From NCBI GenBank assembly GCA_000092065.1, contig CP000583.1: 64,000 bases of DNA. The stretch is one strand, 5' to 3'. The notes beneath the pieces are model-generated. The model made no database searches. It was given only the letters and a program-made list of their open reading frames with translations, and had not been told where the DNA came from. Positions 41,687 to 52,078 of this stretch are shown here, in pieces. The stretch is from Ostreococcus lucimarinus. Lineage: Eukaryota. Position 1 is the first letter of the stretch. Every line of letters begins with the position of its first letter. A program made the position numbers and the translations under genes.

Positions 41687-43063
41687 ATGATGTCGGAGGA
41701 GAACGATGCGGGCGCGGAGGACGCGCCGCCGCCGGCGTACGAAAGCATTCACTTCGCCGAGGATGCCGACGCGCTGCCGGAGGTGCCGCGGGATGGATAC
41801 GTGAAAACGAAGACGATCGAGGTGAGCGTGACGAATCCGACCAAAGTCGGCGACGGGTTGACGGCGTACGCGGTGTACACGGTGAGCACCAAGAATAAAG
41901 ATCCGGCGTATAAAAAGGATGAATCCATCGTGGTGAGAAGGTATTCCGACTTTCAGTGGTTGCGCGGACGCTTGTCGACGCTGTACCCAGGCATCGTGTT
42001 GTTTCCGCTGCCGGAGAAGACGGTGACGACGAATCCGTTTCAGAGCGATTTCTTGGAGCATCGTCGAAGCGGTTTGGAGGCGTTCATGAAGAAAGTGGTG
42101 GAACATCCGGGACTCGGAACGTGCGAAGACGTGGTGATGTTCTTAGAGGAACAGGGGGGGAGTTCGTGGGACCAGCGCGCCCCGTGGTATTCGCGCGGCG
42201 CGGTTGGCACCGCGCTCGGAGCCGTGGATTCTTGGTTTCAGTCCATCGGTACGGCGACGGAGACGTGGAGCACGGGCGCGGGGATGGAAAGTGTCATGAT
42301 GGAGGAAGATCCCAAATATCTCGAAGCTACGGAATATTTGTTGCTCCTCGAAGAGCGCCTGAAGCGAGCGCTGAAGAGCGGGGGTGAAATCGTCAACGCG
42401 GTGCAGAATCTCGGCATTTTAACCGGTACGTTTGGAGAAAACGCGCATCACTTAGGCGACTGCGAGGAAAAAGGGGCGAAGATGTTGCTCGGCGATGAGG
42501 CCGGGGGATTAGGGCAAGCGTTCAGACAGGTTGGTTCCGCCGCGTGCACGATGCGGGCGCCGACGGAGGCGCAAGCGGAGCGCTTGGCGAAAGAGTTCCG
42601 CGCGCCGTTGAAACAAGCGCTGCAATACGTGCGCGCGGCGAAAGAATCAATAGACGCGCGCCTCGACGCGTTGTTGAAGCTGCAAGCGTGCCGCGCCAAG
42701 GTGCAGTCCAAGCGCGCCAAGCTTGAACACGCGTTGCACGCGCCGCCGCCGCCGCCGCCGCCGCAACCGACGACAATTTTTGAGCGCCTCTCCGCTGCCG
42801 TCACATCCCCGACGCCCGTCACCGTGGAAGAATTACAGCGCGATGTCGGCCTCGCTGAATCCGCGGTGAACGACGCGCAAGCAAAGTACGACGACATCAA
42901 ATCTCGCATGACCAACGAGCTCCCGCGCGTGCACGCCGAATTAGAACAAGTCATCAACGCCGCCTTCGCGAACTGCGCCGTCACCATGAAGGCGCTCGCC
43001 GAGACGCACGTCGAGGCTTGGGAATCCGTCTTCCCCGGGTGCACCGCCGACGCCGCGGCGTGA
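41687..43063 (+). CDS. Sorting nexin with PX and BAR domains (SNX1/Vps5-like)
   Basis: PX domain (…YAVYTVSTK…VVRRYSDFQWLRGRLSTLYPGIVLFPLPEK…FLEHRRSGLEAFMKKV) followed by a long helical region consistent with BAR. Confidence 0.75.
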   Translation: MMSEENDAGAEDAPPPAYESIHFAEDADALPEVPRDGYVKTKTIEVSVTNPTKVGDGLTAYAVYTVSTKNKDPAYKKDESIVVRRYSDFQWLRGRLSTLYPGIVLFPLPEKTVTTNPFQSDFLEHRRSGLEAFMKKVVEHPGLGTCEDVVMFLEEQGGSSWDQRAPWYSRGAVGTALGAVDSWFQSIGTATETWSTGAGMESVMMEEDPKYLEATEYLLLLEERLKRALKSGGEIVNAVQNLGILTGTFGENAHHLGDCEEKGAKMLLGDEAGGLGQAFRQVGSAACTMRAPTEAQAERLAKEFRAPLKQALQYVRAAKESIDARLDALLKLQACRAKVQSKRAKLEHALHAPPPPPPPQPTTIFERLSAAVTSPTPVTVEELQRDVGLAESAVNDAQAKYDDIKSRMTNELPRVHAELEQVINAAFANCAVTMKALAETHVEAWESVFPGCTADAAA

Positions 43064-43180
43064 CCCGGCGCATCCATCAAACGCGTGTAAAAATTACATT
43101 TCGATACGATTTCGCCAAGCGTCTCGCCGCGCTTTGACTGCTCGAGCGCCACGCAATCGTCATTGACGACCGCGTCGCGA

Positions 43181-44568
43181 ATGGCTCGCGCGTCCGCGCA
43201 ACGCGCGCTCGCCCTGCTCGACGCAGAACGCGACGAAGACCCTCTCGCGTACATCGCGCGCGGTAACGCACGCGTCGTGCGCGAAAACTTTCTCGATCTC
43301 ATCACGGTGCGCACGCACGATTCCAATCCAAGTTGGTTACCTTTTACTGACGTAAAGCGCAGCGGTTTCCCTCGCTCACGGTGCGAGACGACGATTATTA
43401 TCACAACGATGGCTCGCGCGAGCGATTGCTGTGCGCGGAAGGGACGATACCGATCGAATACAACGGTGCGAGGTATAACATTCCGGTGAAGATGTACGCG
43501 CCCAGCGACTATCCGACGACGCCGCCGACGTGTTTCGTGACGCCGACGAGAGATATGGTAGTAAAACCGAATCACGGGTGCGTGGAATCAGATGGAATGG
43601 TGGTGATCGAACGCGTGTTTCGATGGGATCGTCGGCGGAAGATGAGCGATGTGGCGCGGGCGCTGAGCGACGTGTTTAGCGCGGAGCCGCCGCTGTTTTC
43701 GAAACCGGCGCGCGGGGTAGGGAACGCGGGAGAGGCGACGCAGCGCACGGCGACGGCGTCGACGGCGGAGACGAGACCAGAACGAGTCCCGTTTAGCGTG
43801 TCTGTCGAACGACGACCGAGTTTGAACGAGCGTTTCGCGCAAGGGCAGCGAGCAACGACGAGTCCGCGCGCCGACGACGCGACGGCGGCGCAGGCGTGGT
43901 TTCGTCAAACAGCGATACAGTCTTTGACGGATCGCTTGAAGTCTGGCACCGAACATCATTTAGATGCAAACGCACAGCTCATCGAAACGCTCTTGGCGCA
44001 TCAAACCGAGCTTTACGCGAGAAAGATTAATCTAGAACAGGAAAAGGGCGTGTTGCGATCGATGTGCGATCAGTTTGAACGCGACGCGCAGGAGCTCAGA
44101 GGGGCGACGGCGACCATGGAACGGTGGCTTGAAGCGCACCCAGACACAGGAGAAGTGTCGTTCGATCCCGAAACCGCGATCGAAGCCGCCGACGCGATGA
44201 GTCGTCAGCTCTTAAACGCGCACGCCAAGGATGCAGCCATCGAAGACGCGCTCGACGCGTTGGACGAACTCCTCAACGACGGCAAAGTCCAACTCGAAGA
44301 CTACATGCGTCAGGTGAACAAACTGTGCAAAGAACAATTCATCGCTCGCGCTGAGATACTCGTCGTGTCGAGGATGCAGCAAGAGCGCGGTGTGACGAAT
44401 GGCTTGGCGCCGCGCGACGACGGCGCCGAATCGCCGCGAGACGTCGATTTCGATTTTCTTCGCCCGCGACCGCCGCAATCATCGCCGCCACCGCGCGAGA
44501 CGCGCAAACCACCGCCATCGTGGAATTCAAATTCAAATTCGAATCCGACCGGGTGGTGGGATTGTTAG
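43181..44568 (+). CDS. TSG101: ESCRT-I subunit TSG101/Vps23 (UEV domain + coiled coil + steadiness box); two exons 43181..43331 and 43388..44568
   Basis: UEV core …DGSRERLLCAEGTIPIEYNGARYNIPVKMYAPSDYPTTPPTCFVTPT aligns with human TSG101. A 56-bp GT…tactgacg…AG intron (43332..43387) joins …LITVRTHDSNP to NDDYYHNDG, restoring the spacing seen in metazoan UEV domains. Confidence 0.75.
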
Positions 44569-44637
44569 ATTGTTAGATTGTAGAAACTTACGAGTCGCGC
44601 GACTCGTAACCGCCGCTCGAGCGCCACACCGCGCCTG

Positions 44638-45405
44638 ATGGACAGCGGCTCGTTCACGCACGCCGCGCCCTCGCACGTGGACACGAGCACGGAGTGGGAC
44701 GACGCGCAGGCGCGGTTAGGGAACGTCAAACCCAAGCCCAAGCCCGCGAAACCGGAAAAGTTTACCGCATCGTTCGACGACGCTGGCGCTTTGGCGTCGC
44801 GACGAAACGACGCCGTCGACGCGTCGACGAGCGATGGCGATGACTTTGACGACGACGACGACGACGCGTACGTTCGCGAGTACCGCGCGCGGCGAATGAA
44901 GGAACTCACCGCGGAGGCGACGGCGAAGGCGCACGGCGAAGTGCGCGAGGCGACGCGAGCGACCTTCGTCGCCGAGGTGACGCGACCGAGCGCCGACGCG
45001 TACGTCGTCGTCCTCATGACGCGAGCGGGATGTCGCGATTGCGAGAAAATGGAGCGCGCGTTTGAAATTTTGGCCGCCAAGTTTCCGCGCACGAAATTCG
45101 TGAAAATCGCGCACCGCGAGTGCGTTCCGAATTATCCCGACCGTCTCGCGCCGACGGTTTTGGTGTATCGCGACGAGGACGTGGCGAGGACGTACGCCAC
45201 GCTCGCCCCGTTCGGGGGCGAGCACATGACTCCCGAGGGCGTGGAGCTCGCGCTGAGAGAGACGAGCGCGGACGTGTGTCCGAGCGCGTCGGACGAGAGC
45301 GAGGCGGACGTCGCGCGTCGTCGCGCGGCGTACGTCGCCGGCGTGCTCGAGCGCGCCGTCGACGCGGCGAGACGCGAGGCGAGCGCGGACGCCGTCGACG
45401 ATTAG
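44638..45405 (+). CDS. Phosducin-like protein (PhLP, thioredoxin-fold chaperone cofactor)
   Basis: Acidic N-terminal helix region then thioredoxin-like fold (…ATFVAEVTRPSADAYVVVLMTRAGCRDCEKMERAFEILAAKFPRTKFVKI…LAPTVLVYRD) typical of phosducin-like proteins. Confidence 0.65.
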   Translation: MDSGSFTHAAPSHVDTSTEWDDAQARLGNVKPKPKPAKPEKFTASFDDAGALASRRNDAVDASTSDGDDFDDDDDDAYVREYRARRMKELTAEATAKAHGEVREATRATFVAEVTRPSADAYVVVLMTRAGCRDCEKMERAFEILAAKFPRTKFVKIAHRECVPNYPDRLAPTVLVYRDEDVARTYATLAPFGGEHMTPEGVELALRETSADVCPSASDESEADVARRRAAYVAGVLERAVDAARREASADAVDD

Positions 45406-45543
45406 CGAGCGCGTCGACCGTCGGCATCTTGTACGTATACGTAGCAGCACGCATCGACGCGTCGCTTCGTCGCGCTCGTCGTCTCGCGTCGCCGTCGCCG
45501 CGCGACCGACCGCACACCGCGCCCCGCCGCGCGCTCGGGGACG

Positions 45544-46050
45544 ATGCGGCGCGTCTCGCCTCCTCCGACGCGCGTCGTCGCCCGCGCCCGCGCCCGCGTC
45601 CCGCCCTCGCCGAACGCGGCGCTCGTCGAGCGCGTCTGCGTCGCCGCGCTCGCGTCCTTCGTCGTCGCCTCGTCGTGCGCGCTCGACGCCGACGCGGCGA
45701 GCGCGACGCGGTTCGCGGGCGACTACGCCGATCCCAACCATCCGGGGTGTCCGCGCGCGATCGACGCGCGAGGAAACGTCTCGGGCCTCGACCCCGTGCC
45801 GTTCGCGCGCGGTCGAGGATGTCGAGGCGTGAAGAAGACGGACGCGAACAGGGCGGCGTCCAAGTTCAAGGCGTGGACGATCAAGGGCAAAATAAACAAG
45901 GCGGACGACGAGATCACGATCGATTTCGATCAAAAAGACGGCTCGGGCGAGCGGGTCGTGGGGAAGTTGACGCCCAAGGGCGACGTCGCGCTGCCGGACG
46001 GAACGATTTGGAGACGAAAGAGCGACGCCGACGCGTGGACGCCGCGATAG
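45544..46050 (+). CDS. Hypothetical small secreted protein (168 aa)
   Basis: R-rich leader then hydrophobic signal-like stretch (VCVAALASFVVASSCAL), Cys-containing, lower-complexity composition. No family recognised. Confidence 0.25.
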   Translation: MRRVSPPPTRVVARARARVPPSPNAALVERVCVAALASFVVASSCALDADAASATRFAGDYADPNHPGCPRAIDARGNVSGLDPVPFARGRGCRGVKKTDANRAASKFKAWTIKGKINKADDEITIDFDQKDGSGERVVGKLTPKGDVALPDGTIWRRKSDADAWTPR

Positions 46051-46233
46051 GCGCGCGCGTCTCGATCTGTGACCGATTTGTGACCGATTTGTGAAGCGTT
46101 TCGTTTCTTTTCGTTTCGCGCGTCGTTCGCTTTCGTCTTCGCTCGATCGCTCCTTCGTCGTCGTCGCCTTCGTCGTCGTCGCGTCCGGTCCGAGTCCAAT
46201 CCGGATTCGTAACCGACCGAGACGACGACGCTC

Positions 46234-49200
46234 GTGGACCGCACTCTCGCGCGCGCGATGTTCACGTCCGCGCGCGAGGTCCTGGCGAAACAGACGGAAA
46301 CCGACGCGTCGTCGCGCGGCGACGACTCGACGCGCGCGCGCGACGCGAACGCGCCGAAACCGTCGTTCGACGTCGACGCCCAAGATGCCAAAAACATCGC
46401 GCGCGCCGAAGCGAAAGCCGAACGCATCGCGCGCGCCGAGGCGAAGCGCAAGCGAAGAGACGACGAACCGAAGCAAACGTCTTTAATCGACGCGTGGCGA
46501 CGCGGTGGGGCGCGAGCGTCGACGTCGGACGTCGGCGTCGGCGGCGATGTCATCCGACGGTTGTTGAGCTGCGCGCCGACGAGTTTCTACGCCGACGCGC
46601 GATTGGTGTGCAAGGCGTGGCGAGACGCCGTGGACGATCCGAAGTTCATGCCGTGCGTGAAACTCAATCGAGCGCTCGCGTTGGGTGGCGCGCGCGCGGA
46701 TGCGGCGGAGGCGTACTTGAATGAGGTCACGGGACGCGAGCCGGGAGACGCGGGCGTCGGGCCGTTGGCGAGACACGCGGCGACGACGAAGACGCTGTTC
46801 AAATCGCGATTGGACGTCGAGACGTTTTGTCGATTCGTGGAGGAGGATGAACACTTATCGGGGGCGAGAGATATACGTGGGGAAGTGCAACCGGGGTACG
46901 ACGAACCCGATGATTTGACGAAGATTGATGATTTTTGGCAGTCGCTCGGTACGGCGGCGTCGCGTTCGTTTCTAGGCACCGTCGGCGACGTCGCGGCGAC
47001 GATTCGGGTGATCGCGAAATTTGCGTGCGTTCAAGAGCCGATCACGCGCGGCGGCGAGCGCGAGGCGGACAACACGCGAGCGAACGGCTGGGCGGTGTTG
47101 GTTATCGCGATGACGCACGTCGCCGAAAACGAATGGATCGCTTCTCGGTTGCTTCGAGCGGCTCGACGCGCACTTCGAAGCGACGCGAGCGCGGAATTCG
47201 TTGAAGAAGACTTGACCGAGTTTGTCAATTTGCTCATCGCGTACGTGCGCTTGGAATCGAGATCATACGCAGACGCATCCGAGCCGGCGAAAGTCCACGC
47301 ATGCCGACGTATGAAGGCGCGATTATCGGCCGCGTACGATTACGCCAATCTTCACGACGAACGGGAACAAAACTCAAGCGACGCAGATTTGAAAAATGTC
47401 GTGGGGAATTCGAGCGCCGCAACGCGTCCGACGGATACGATGCGAAAAACATCGAGATTGACACACGAACAGGAAGCCATCGTCTCGACGAGTTTGCGAC
47501 CACCGCAATGGATGGTCGTGCACGCGTTCGCGGGATCGGGCAAGACGACGACTTTGGTCGAGTACGCGAAGAGAAATCCTTCGAAACGATTTCTTTATCT
47601 CGCGTTCAATCGTGCCATCACGGAAGAAGCCAAGACAAAGTTTCCAGCGAATACGGACGCGAAGACGTTTCACGGATTAGCGTACGGGCTCGCCACGTGG
47701 TACAAGGCGGGAGGTAAAAAACTACACTTCGGCGACAAGCTTCGATCGTCCGAAGTCTGCAAAGCGCTCGGAAAATCAATCAGCGATCGGGCTGTGGGCA
47801 AAGGTTTGGTGACGCTCCAAAACTTTCTAGTTTCTGCCGATGAAAATATTTCAAAGGAGCACGTGCCCACGGAAGGTGTTAAACCTGCGTCTGTGGACGA
47901 AATCATTCAAGTTGCCGAGACGTTGTGGCGTATGATGAAGGACCGATCGAGCAACGATGTGCCGTTGACGCACGCCGGCTACATGAAGCTCTACCAACTG
48001 CAACGTCCGCGTCTGGATATCGACATGAGTAGAAATAAAAACAAGACGGGATATGACGTCATTTTGCTGGACGAAGCGCAAGATATCGCACCTGTGATGT
48101 TTGATATCGTTCTTCGGCAAACGAAATGCGCAAAGATTCTCGTCGGAGACGTACATCAACAAATTTACAACTTCACCGGAGCTATGAATGTGATGGATAA
48201 AATCGATGATCTCGTGGCTAGCCATCAAGTGACGCACAGGCGGCTTGTGAGAAGTTTTCGTTTCGGTGTGGAAATCGCCAATGTCGCAAACGCTATCTTG
48301 AACATAAAGCGCGAGAGCGCATTCCTTGTCGGCGCGCGATTGAGCGAGCTGGATCAAACGTGCGTGTTCTCAACGGAAAACGTTGCGTCTAGCGACCCGA
48401 GATTGAAGACAGTACGAGGTCCGCCGCCCTTATCTACTGTGATCGTAGGAGACGGGCGACGCGAGCAACTGGCGGTTCTGGTTCGATCGAATTACAATCT
48501 CATTTCGGCTTTGATGTATCTCGAATCCTCGCGTTCGAAAGTGCACGTCATCGGTGGCGTCGACGCGCTCAAGCTCGACCAAGTGTGTGATTTCGTGCGT
48601 TTGATACTCGACGAAGATCTAGGATCCATCAGCGACCGATACATCAAAATGTTCGTCACGTACGGCGGCGGCGATCTGGCTAGGTTTGATCAACGGCAAG
48701 ACCAAGAGAGTTTTGTTGAGCGCAACGCGCTGACGAGGATATATGAAATCGCTGAGAACCAAGACGACGCGGACACTCTCAATCGAATACGCATCGCGCA
48801 AAGTTACCGCGAGAAGATGTTCAAACTCGTCAAGCGATTGAAAGATAGCTCATTCCTTTCGAACGAGCCCAACGCAAACTTCATCGTCGCCACGGCGCAC
48901 AAGTCCAAGGGGTTGGAGTTTGATAACGTGATGATATGGGACGATTTTGAAGACGTCGATCGGGTCTGGCGCAGAGGGGACAAGTACGTATCGATCAGTA
49001 CAGATCCGGTTTTCGGCGACGCAGACACCTTGGTCCCCGTCGATGAAATCAATTTGACGTACGTGGCCGTGACGCGGGCGAAGAAACGCGTTTTCTTGAA
49101 CAAAAGCATCGCCACCCTCTTGGCGTTCCCGTCGCATGGAAACGTCCCGATGTACGACGAAATCGCGAACGGTTTCGCGCTCTTTCCAGAGAGATTTCCA

Positions 49201-49893
49201 CTTCGGCAACATCGCGCCGCAGATAGAGGCCTCTCTCCGTACGTGCTTCGACGCGTCGAGTTTCATCCGAACGACCTCCAGGCGACGCATGAAAGCGTCC
49301 TGAATGCGCTGAGCTGGAATCCCTTGTTTAACGGGTTCCATGCGTCGATGGGCACCGTGCAAGTGCCCGGCGAGGGCGCGAGGCCAGTTCGCATAGAAAG
49401 GCCAGTCGATGGGAACGTGTGTCAGTGTTGTATCCATCGCGTTGGCGATCTTGAAGACATGCCATTATTGTTGGGCACCTTCGTCTGGCAAGTCGACCTC
49501 AAGAGTGGTCTCGTGTGCGTTTCCGACCGCGGCGTCGAGCAACGAGTCTGTACCGCCGATTCCGGCGTGCGCTTCGCGACCGCCGACGGCGACGCCAAAG
49601 ACGCGCCGCGGTTCCGACGCCCCGTCGACGATTACGGCGATGCAAACCACCACGATCCCGCGCATCCGAGAATTTACGCGCTCCAAAATCCTCCGTATCT
49701 CTTCCGCACGCGACGCTGCGCCGGATGCGTGGATCCCGCGCGAGCGCGCGAGAAGCTGCGCGCGTTAGAGTTCGACGCGTACGAACGCGACGAGTTCTCT
49801 CGCCTGCCGCTGTTTCACACCATGCGGTACGAGAATCAACTCCGGCACGACGTCGCGATCAGCCGTAGAGAAAAGTTCATCACAGTGAAATGA
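46234..49893 (+). CDS. F-box DNA helicase (FBH1-like): F-box + UvrD/Rep superfamily-1 helicase
   Basis: F-box-like motif (VIRRLLSCAPTSFYADARLVCKAWRDAV). UvrD-type motifs I (VVHAFAGSGKTTTLVEY), Ia, II (ILLDEAQDI), III, V/VI (VATAHKSKGLEFDNVMIW…VAVTRAKKRV). Long C-terminal extension. The N-terminal limit is uncertain. Confidence 0.7.
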   Translation: MDRTLARAMFTSAREVLAKQTETDASSRGDDSTRARDANAPKPSFDVDAQDAKNIARAEAKAERIARAEAKRKRRDDEPKQTSLIDAWRRGGARASTSDVGVGGDVIRRLLSCAPTSFYADARLVCKAWRDAVDDPKFMPCVKLNRALALGGARADAAEAYLNEVTGREPGDAGVGPLARHAATTKTLFKSRLDVETFCRFVEEDEHLSGARDIRGEVQPGYDEPDDLTKIDDFWQSLGTAASRSFLGTVGDVAATIRVIAKFACVQEPITRGGEREADNTRANGWAVLVIAMTHVAENEWIASRLLRAARRALRSDASAEFVEEDLTEFVNLLIAYVRLESRSYADASEPAKVHACRRMKARLSAAYDYANLHDEREQNSSDADLKNVVGNSSAATRPTDTMRKTSRLTHEQEAIVSTSLRPPQWMVVHAFAGSGKTTTLVEYAKRNPSKRFLYLAFNRAITEEAKTKFPANTDAKTFHGLAYGLATWYKAGGKKLHFGDKLRSSEVCKALGKSISDRAVGKGLVTLQNFLVSADENISKEHVPTEGVKPASVDEIIQVAETLWRMMKDRSSNDVPLTHAGYMKLYQLQRPRLDIDMSRNKNKTGYDVILLDEAQDIAPVMFDIVLRQTKCAKILVGDVHQQIYNFTGAMNVMDKIDDLVASHQVTHRRLVRSFRFGVEIANVANAILNIKRESAFLVGARLSELDQTCVFSTENVASSDPRLKTVRGPPPLSTVIVGDGRREQLAVLVRSNYNLISALMYLESSRSKVHVIGGVDALKLDQVCDFVRLILDEDLGSISDRYIKMFVTYGGGDLARFDQRQDQESFVERNALTRIYEIAENQDDADTLNRIRIAQSYREKMFKLVKRLKDSSFLSNEPNANFIVATAHKSKGLEFDNVMIWDDFEDVDRVWRRGDKYVSISTDPVFGDADTLVPVDEINLTYVAVTRAKKRVFLNKSIATLLAFPSHGNVPMYDEIANGFALFPERFPLRQHRAADRGLSPYVLRRVEFHPNDLQATHESVLNALSWNPLFNGFHASMGTVQVPGEGARPVRIERPVDGNVCQCCIHRVGDLEDMPLLLGTFVWQVDLKSGLVCVSDRGVEQRVCTADSGVRFATADGDAKDAPRFRRPVDDYGDANHHDPAHPRIYALQNPPYLFRTRRCAGCVDPARAREKLRALEFDAYERDEFSRLPLFHTMRYENQLRHDVAISRREKFITVK

Positions 49894-51470
49894 AACGCAG
49901 AAGAGTCGCCGCCGCGCCGTCGCGACAGCCACGCCCGCCGTGCAAACCGCGCCACATCTCGGCGCGTCGCGCGATGCCCGCCGCCCGATCGAACGCCCGC
50001 GGCGCGTCCGCGACGACGACGAATACCGTCGACGACGCCGTGACGCGCGCGTTCGGCGCGAGCGGCGCCGCGCGATCGAACGCCGCGCGCGCGAAGCGAA
50101 AGAATTTCGCATCGGGAACCGCGGGCGCGTCGCGGACGGTCGCGGCGGAGCGCGAACGCGCGATCCCGAAGGGCGAGGCGTGCGACGCGCTGCCGATGGA
50201 CTGGACGATCAAGTCGAGCGTGCGGTTGAGCTCGCGGGCGAGGTCGTTCCGATGGGGGACGTGCGCGGGGGCGAACGCGACGTCGGAGGGACTGCGGGCG
50301 TACTCGGGCGGCGACGCGTCCTCGTTGAGCATCGACGGTGGAGAAAGCGGCGACGGCGGCGACGACGACGAGGCGAGGTTGGAGAAGAAACAGAAATTGC
50401 TGACGCGGGCGATGTATTCGTGCGCGTATCCGGAGCTCGGGCTTTCGGATGAACAGCTGGCGTCGATGCGGGCGACGCCGAGCGGAAACGAGTGGGTGCG
50501 GAAACGCGAGTCCATGTGGGTGGATGCCTTGGTGAGTCTGTACGGGTTGCTCAAAGTGAGGCAATGCTATGCGTTTTACGTCGTCTATCGCGAGCGGAGC
50601 ATCTTGTTCTGCGCGCCGGGCGTGGGAGGGGTGACGGATGGCGGATACGCCGTGGTGACGAATAGCAACGCGAAGATTCGAGCGGCATTGAAGGACGCGG
50701 CGGTAGATTTCACGAGCGCGGACGAAGAGGCGCTGGCGATCGGCAAAGCGAAAACTGTGTGGGCACAGAAATGGCGACCCGAGGACGAGACGCAAGGGTT
50801 GCTAGACAACCTGGCCGGCGACGACGCGAGCCGAGCGGAAATCACGGCGCATTTGGCCAAGATGGATAACCCAAGCAACGCTCGTCGCCGAGCCGCGGAT
50901 ACGATCATATGCCGCGGCGCGATCGCGGTGAATGGACTGTTGAACGTTCTAGTCGAAGCCTCCGGGGGTGATCCCGGAAGTTCCGACGGCGCGCAGCACG
51001 ACGTACCGATATTGTTGGCACCCGTACCGTTCGCGCACAGCTCGATGAAACCTTTGGAGCTCAAGGCACAAACGAACACGATGTTGTCTCGCAAAGACGG
51101 CAAGAATGCAAACGCACTGTACCAATCATCCAACGCGACGTCGATGCAAACGGTGTACACGGCGGAGACGGATCGCGACGAACTCATTCCGCCGTGGACG
51201 CTCGCGCGCGTTTGCGCGGCGTTGGCGCTCAACCATGAAGACATATCTGCCACGTGCATGACCCACAAGCCTACGCACGGCTTGAACGTTGGCGTCTTAG
51301 CGGCGCGCGATATGTCGGATTCCAACACCAAGCATCGCGAAGCCGTCTTGGTTCGCGAGTGCGCGTATTACGACGAAGCCGAGACGTCGCGCATCATGGC
51401 GCCGCCGCCGCTCGGTTCGTCCGTGCTCTCGCGCATCGAGTACGTCAACGGGACGTATTATATCCCTTAG
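49890..51470 (+). CDS. Conserved hypothetical protein (526 aa)
   Basis: Good coding character in the C-terminal 400 aa (…AMYSCAYPELGLSDEQL…LLKVRQCYAFYVVYRERSILFCAPGVGG…). Its ATG overlaps the FBH1 stop (ATGA). The true start may be further downstream. No domain assigned. Confidence 0.4.
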   Translation: MKRRRVAAAPSRQPRPPCKPRHISARRAMPAARSNARGASATTTNTVDDAVTRAFGASGAARSNAARAKRKNFASGTAGASRTVAAERERAIPKGEACDALPMDWTIKSSVRLSSRARSFRWGTCAGANATSEGLRAYSGGDASSLSIDGGESGDGGDDDEARLEKKQKLLTRAMYSCAYPELGLSDEQLASMRATPSGNEWVRKRESMWVDALVSLYGLLKVRQCYAFYVVYRERSILFCAPGVGGVTDGGYAVVTNSNAKIRAALKDAAVDFTSADEEALAIGKAKTVWAQKWRPEDETQGLLDNLAGDDASRAEITAHLAKMDNPSNARRRAADTIICRGAIAVNGLLNVLVEASGGDPGSSDGAQHDVPILLAPVPFAHSSMKPLELKAQTNTMLSRKDGKNANALYQSSNATSMQTVYTAETDRDELIPPWTLARVCAALALNHEDISATCMTHKPTHGLNVGVLAARDMSDSNTKHREAVLVRECAYYDEAETSRIMAPPPLGSSVLSRIEYVNGTYYIP

Positions 51471-51595
51471 TGAAAAAGTAGTGGATCAGAGAAGCGATGT
51501 AACGGCCGCACGCGCGAATGTCGCTAAAGTCTTTCGTCTGAACGTTGAGAAAACTCGGGCTATTTCGCGCTACGAGACGAACCGACCACCCGTCG

Positions 51596-52078
51596 TCACA
51601 TCATCATCTCCGCGTCCTCATCCGCGCGCACCAAATCCTCTCCCTCCTCCTCATCCGCGCCCCCCGCGTTCGCGCACACGCTCGCTCGCTCGCGCGTCAA
51701 CCTCTTAATCTCCTCTGTCAATTTTTTCCGCTCGAGAGACTTTCCAAAATTTTTCTTCCCAATCTTCCCTCGCTTACTCATCAACTCCGCGATCCGCTCT
51801 CGAAGTTCGCGCTTCCGCGCCGTGATCGCGCTCTGTTTCATCCGTCCCGCGCCTCCGCCGCCGCCGCCGCCGTCGCCGCCTCGCGTCGCGCGCCCGTCGT
51901 CGCCGTCGTCCTCGTCCTCGCCGCCGCCCCCCCCCGTCGTCGCGAGCGCGCCGTCGATCGCCATCGCCGTCGCCGCATCGCTCGCCGCGCGCGCCGCGCG
52001 TCGTTTTTTCTTATCCTTCGCCCGCTTCCGCTTCGTCTTCAGCTGCTTCAGCTCCGCCTTCGACCGCGCCGCCTTCAT
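51596..52078 (-). CDS. Hypothetical basic coiled-coil protein (~160 aa)
   Basis: K/R-rich helical segments (MKAARSKAELKQLKTKRKRAKDKKKRR… and …RKRELRERIAELMSKRGKIGKK…) inside a longer artefactual ORF. Weak. Confidence 0.2.
   Translation of the reverse strand: MKAARSKAELKQLKTKRKRAKDKKKRRAARAASDAATAMAIDGALATTGGGGGEDEDDGDDGRATRGGDGGGGGGGAGRMKQSAITARKRELRERIAELMSKRGKIGKKNFGKSLERKKLTEEIKRLTRERASVCANAGGADEEEGEDLVRADEDAEMMM

Noticed and set aside
41117-42106. Long minus-strand ORF (329 aa) antisense to the sorting-nexin gene. Similar long R/A/P-rich ORFs occur at 44716..46476, 54331..56664, 14989..15723, 19425..20300, 1597..2968, and in the N-terminal extensions of track ORFs 35789, 28587, 6242 and 27609.
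   Set aside because: These have extreme Arg/Ala/Pro/Gly low-complexity composition, no domains, and overlap well-supported conserved genes on the other strand. They are the expected stop-codon-poor artefacts of ~67% GC DNA.
43163-43489. Treating 43163..43489 and 43381..44568 as two separate genes, or as a frameshifted pseudogene
   Set aside because: A 56-bp GT-AG intron with a CTGAC branch joins them in frame and reproduces the exact spacing of the TSG101 UEV domain. It is annotated as a single two-exon gene.
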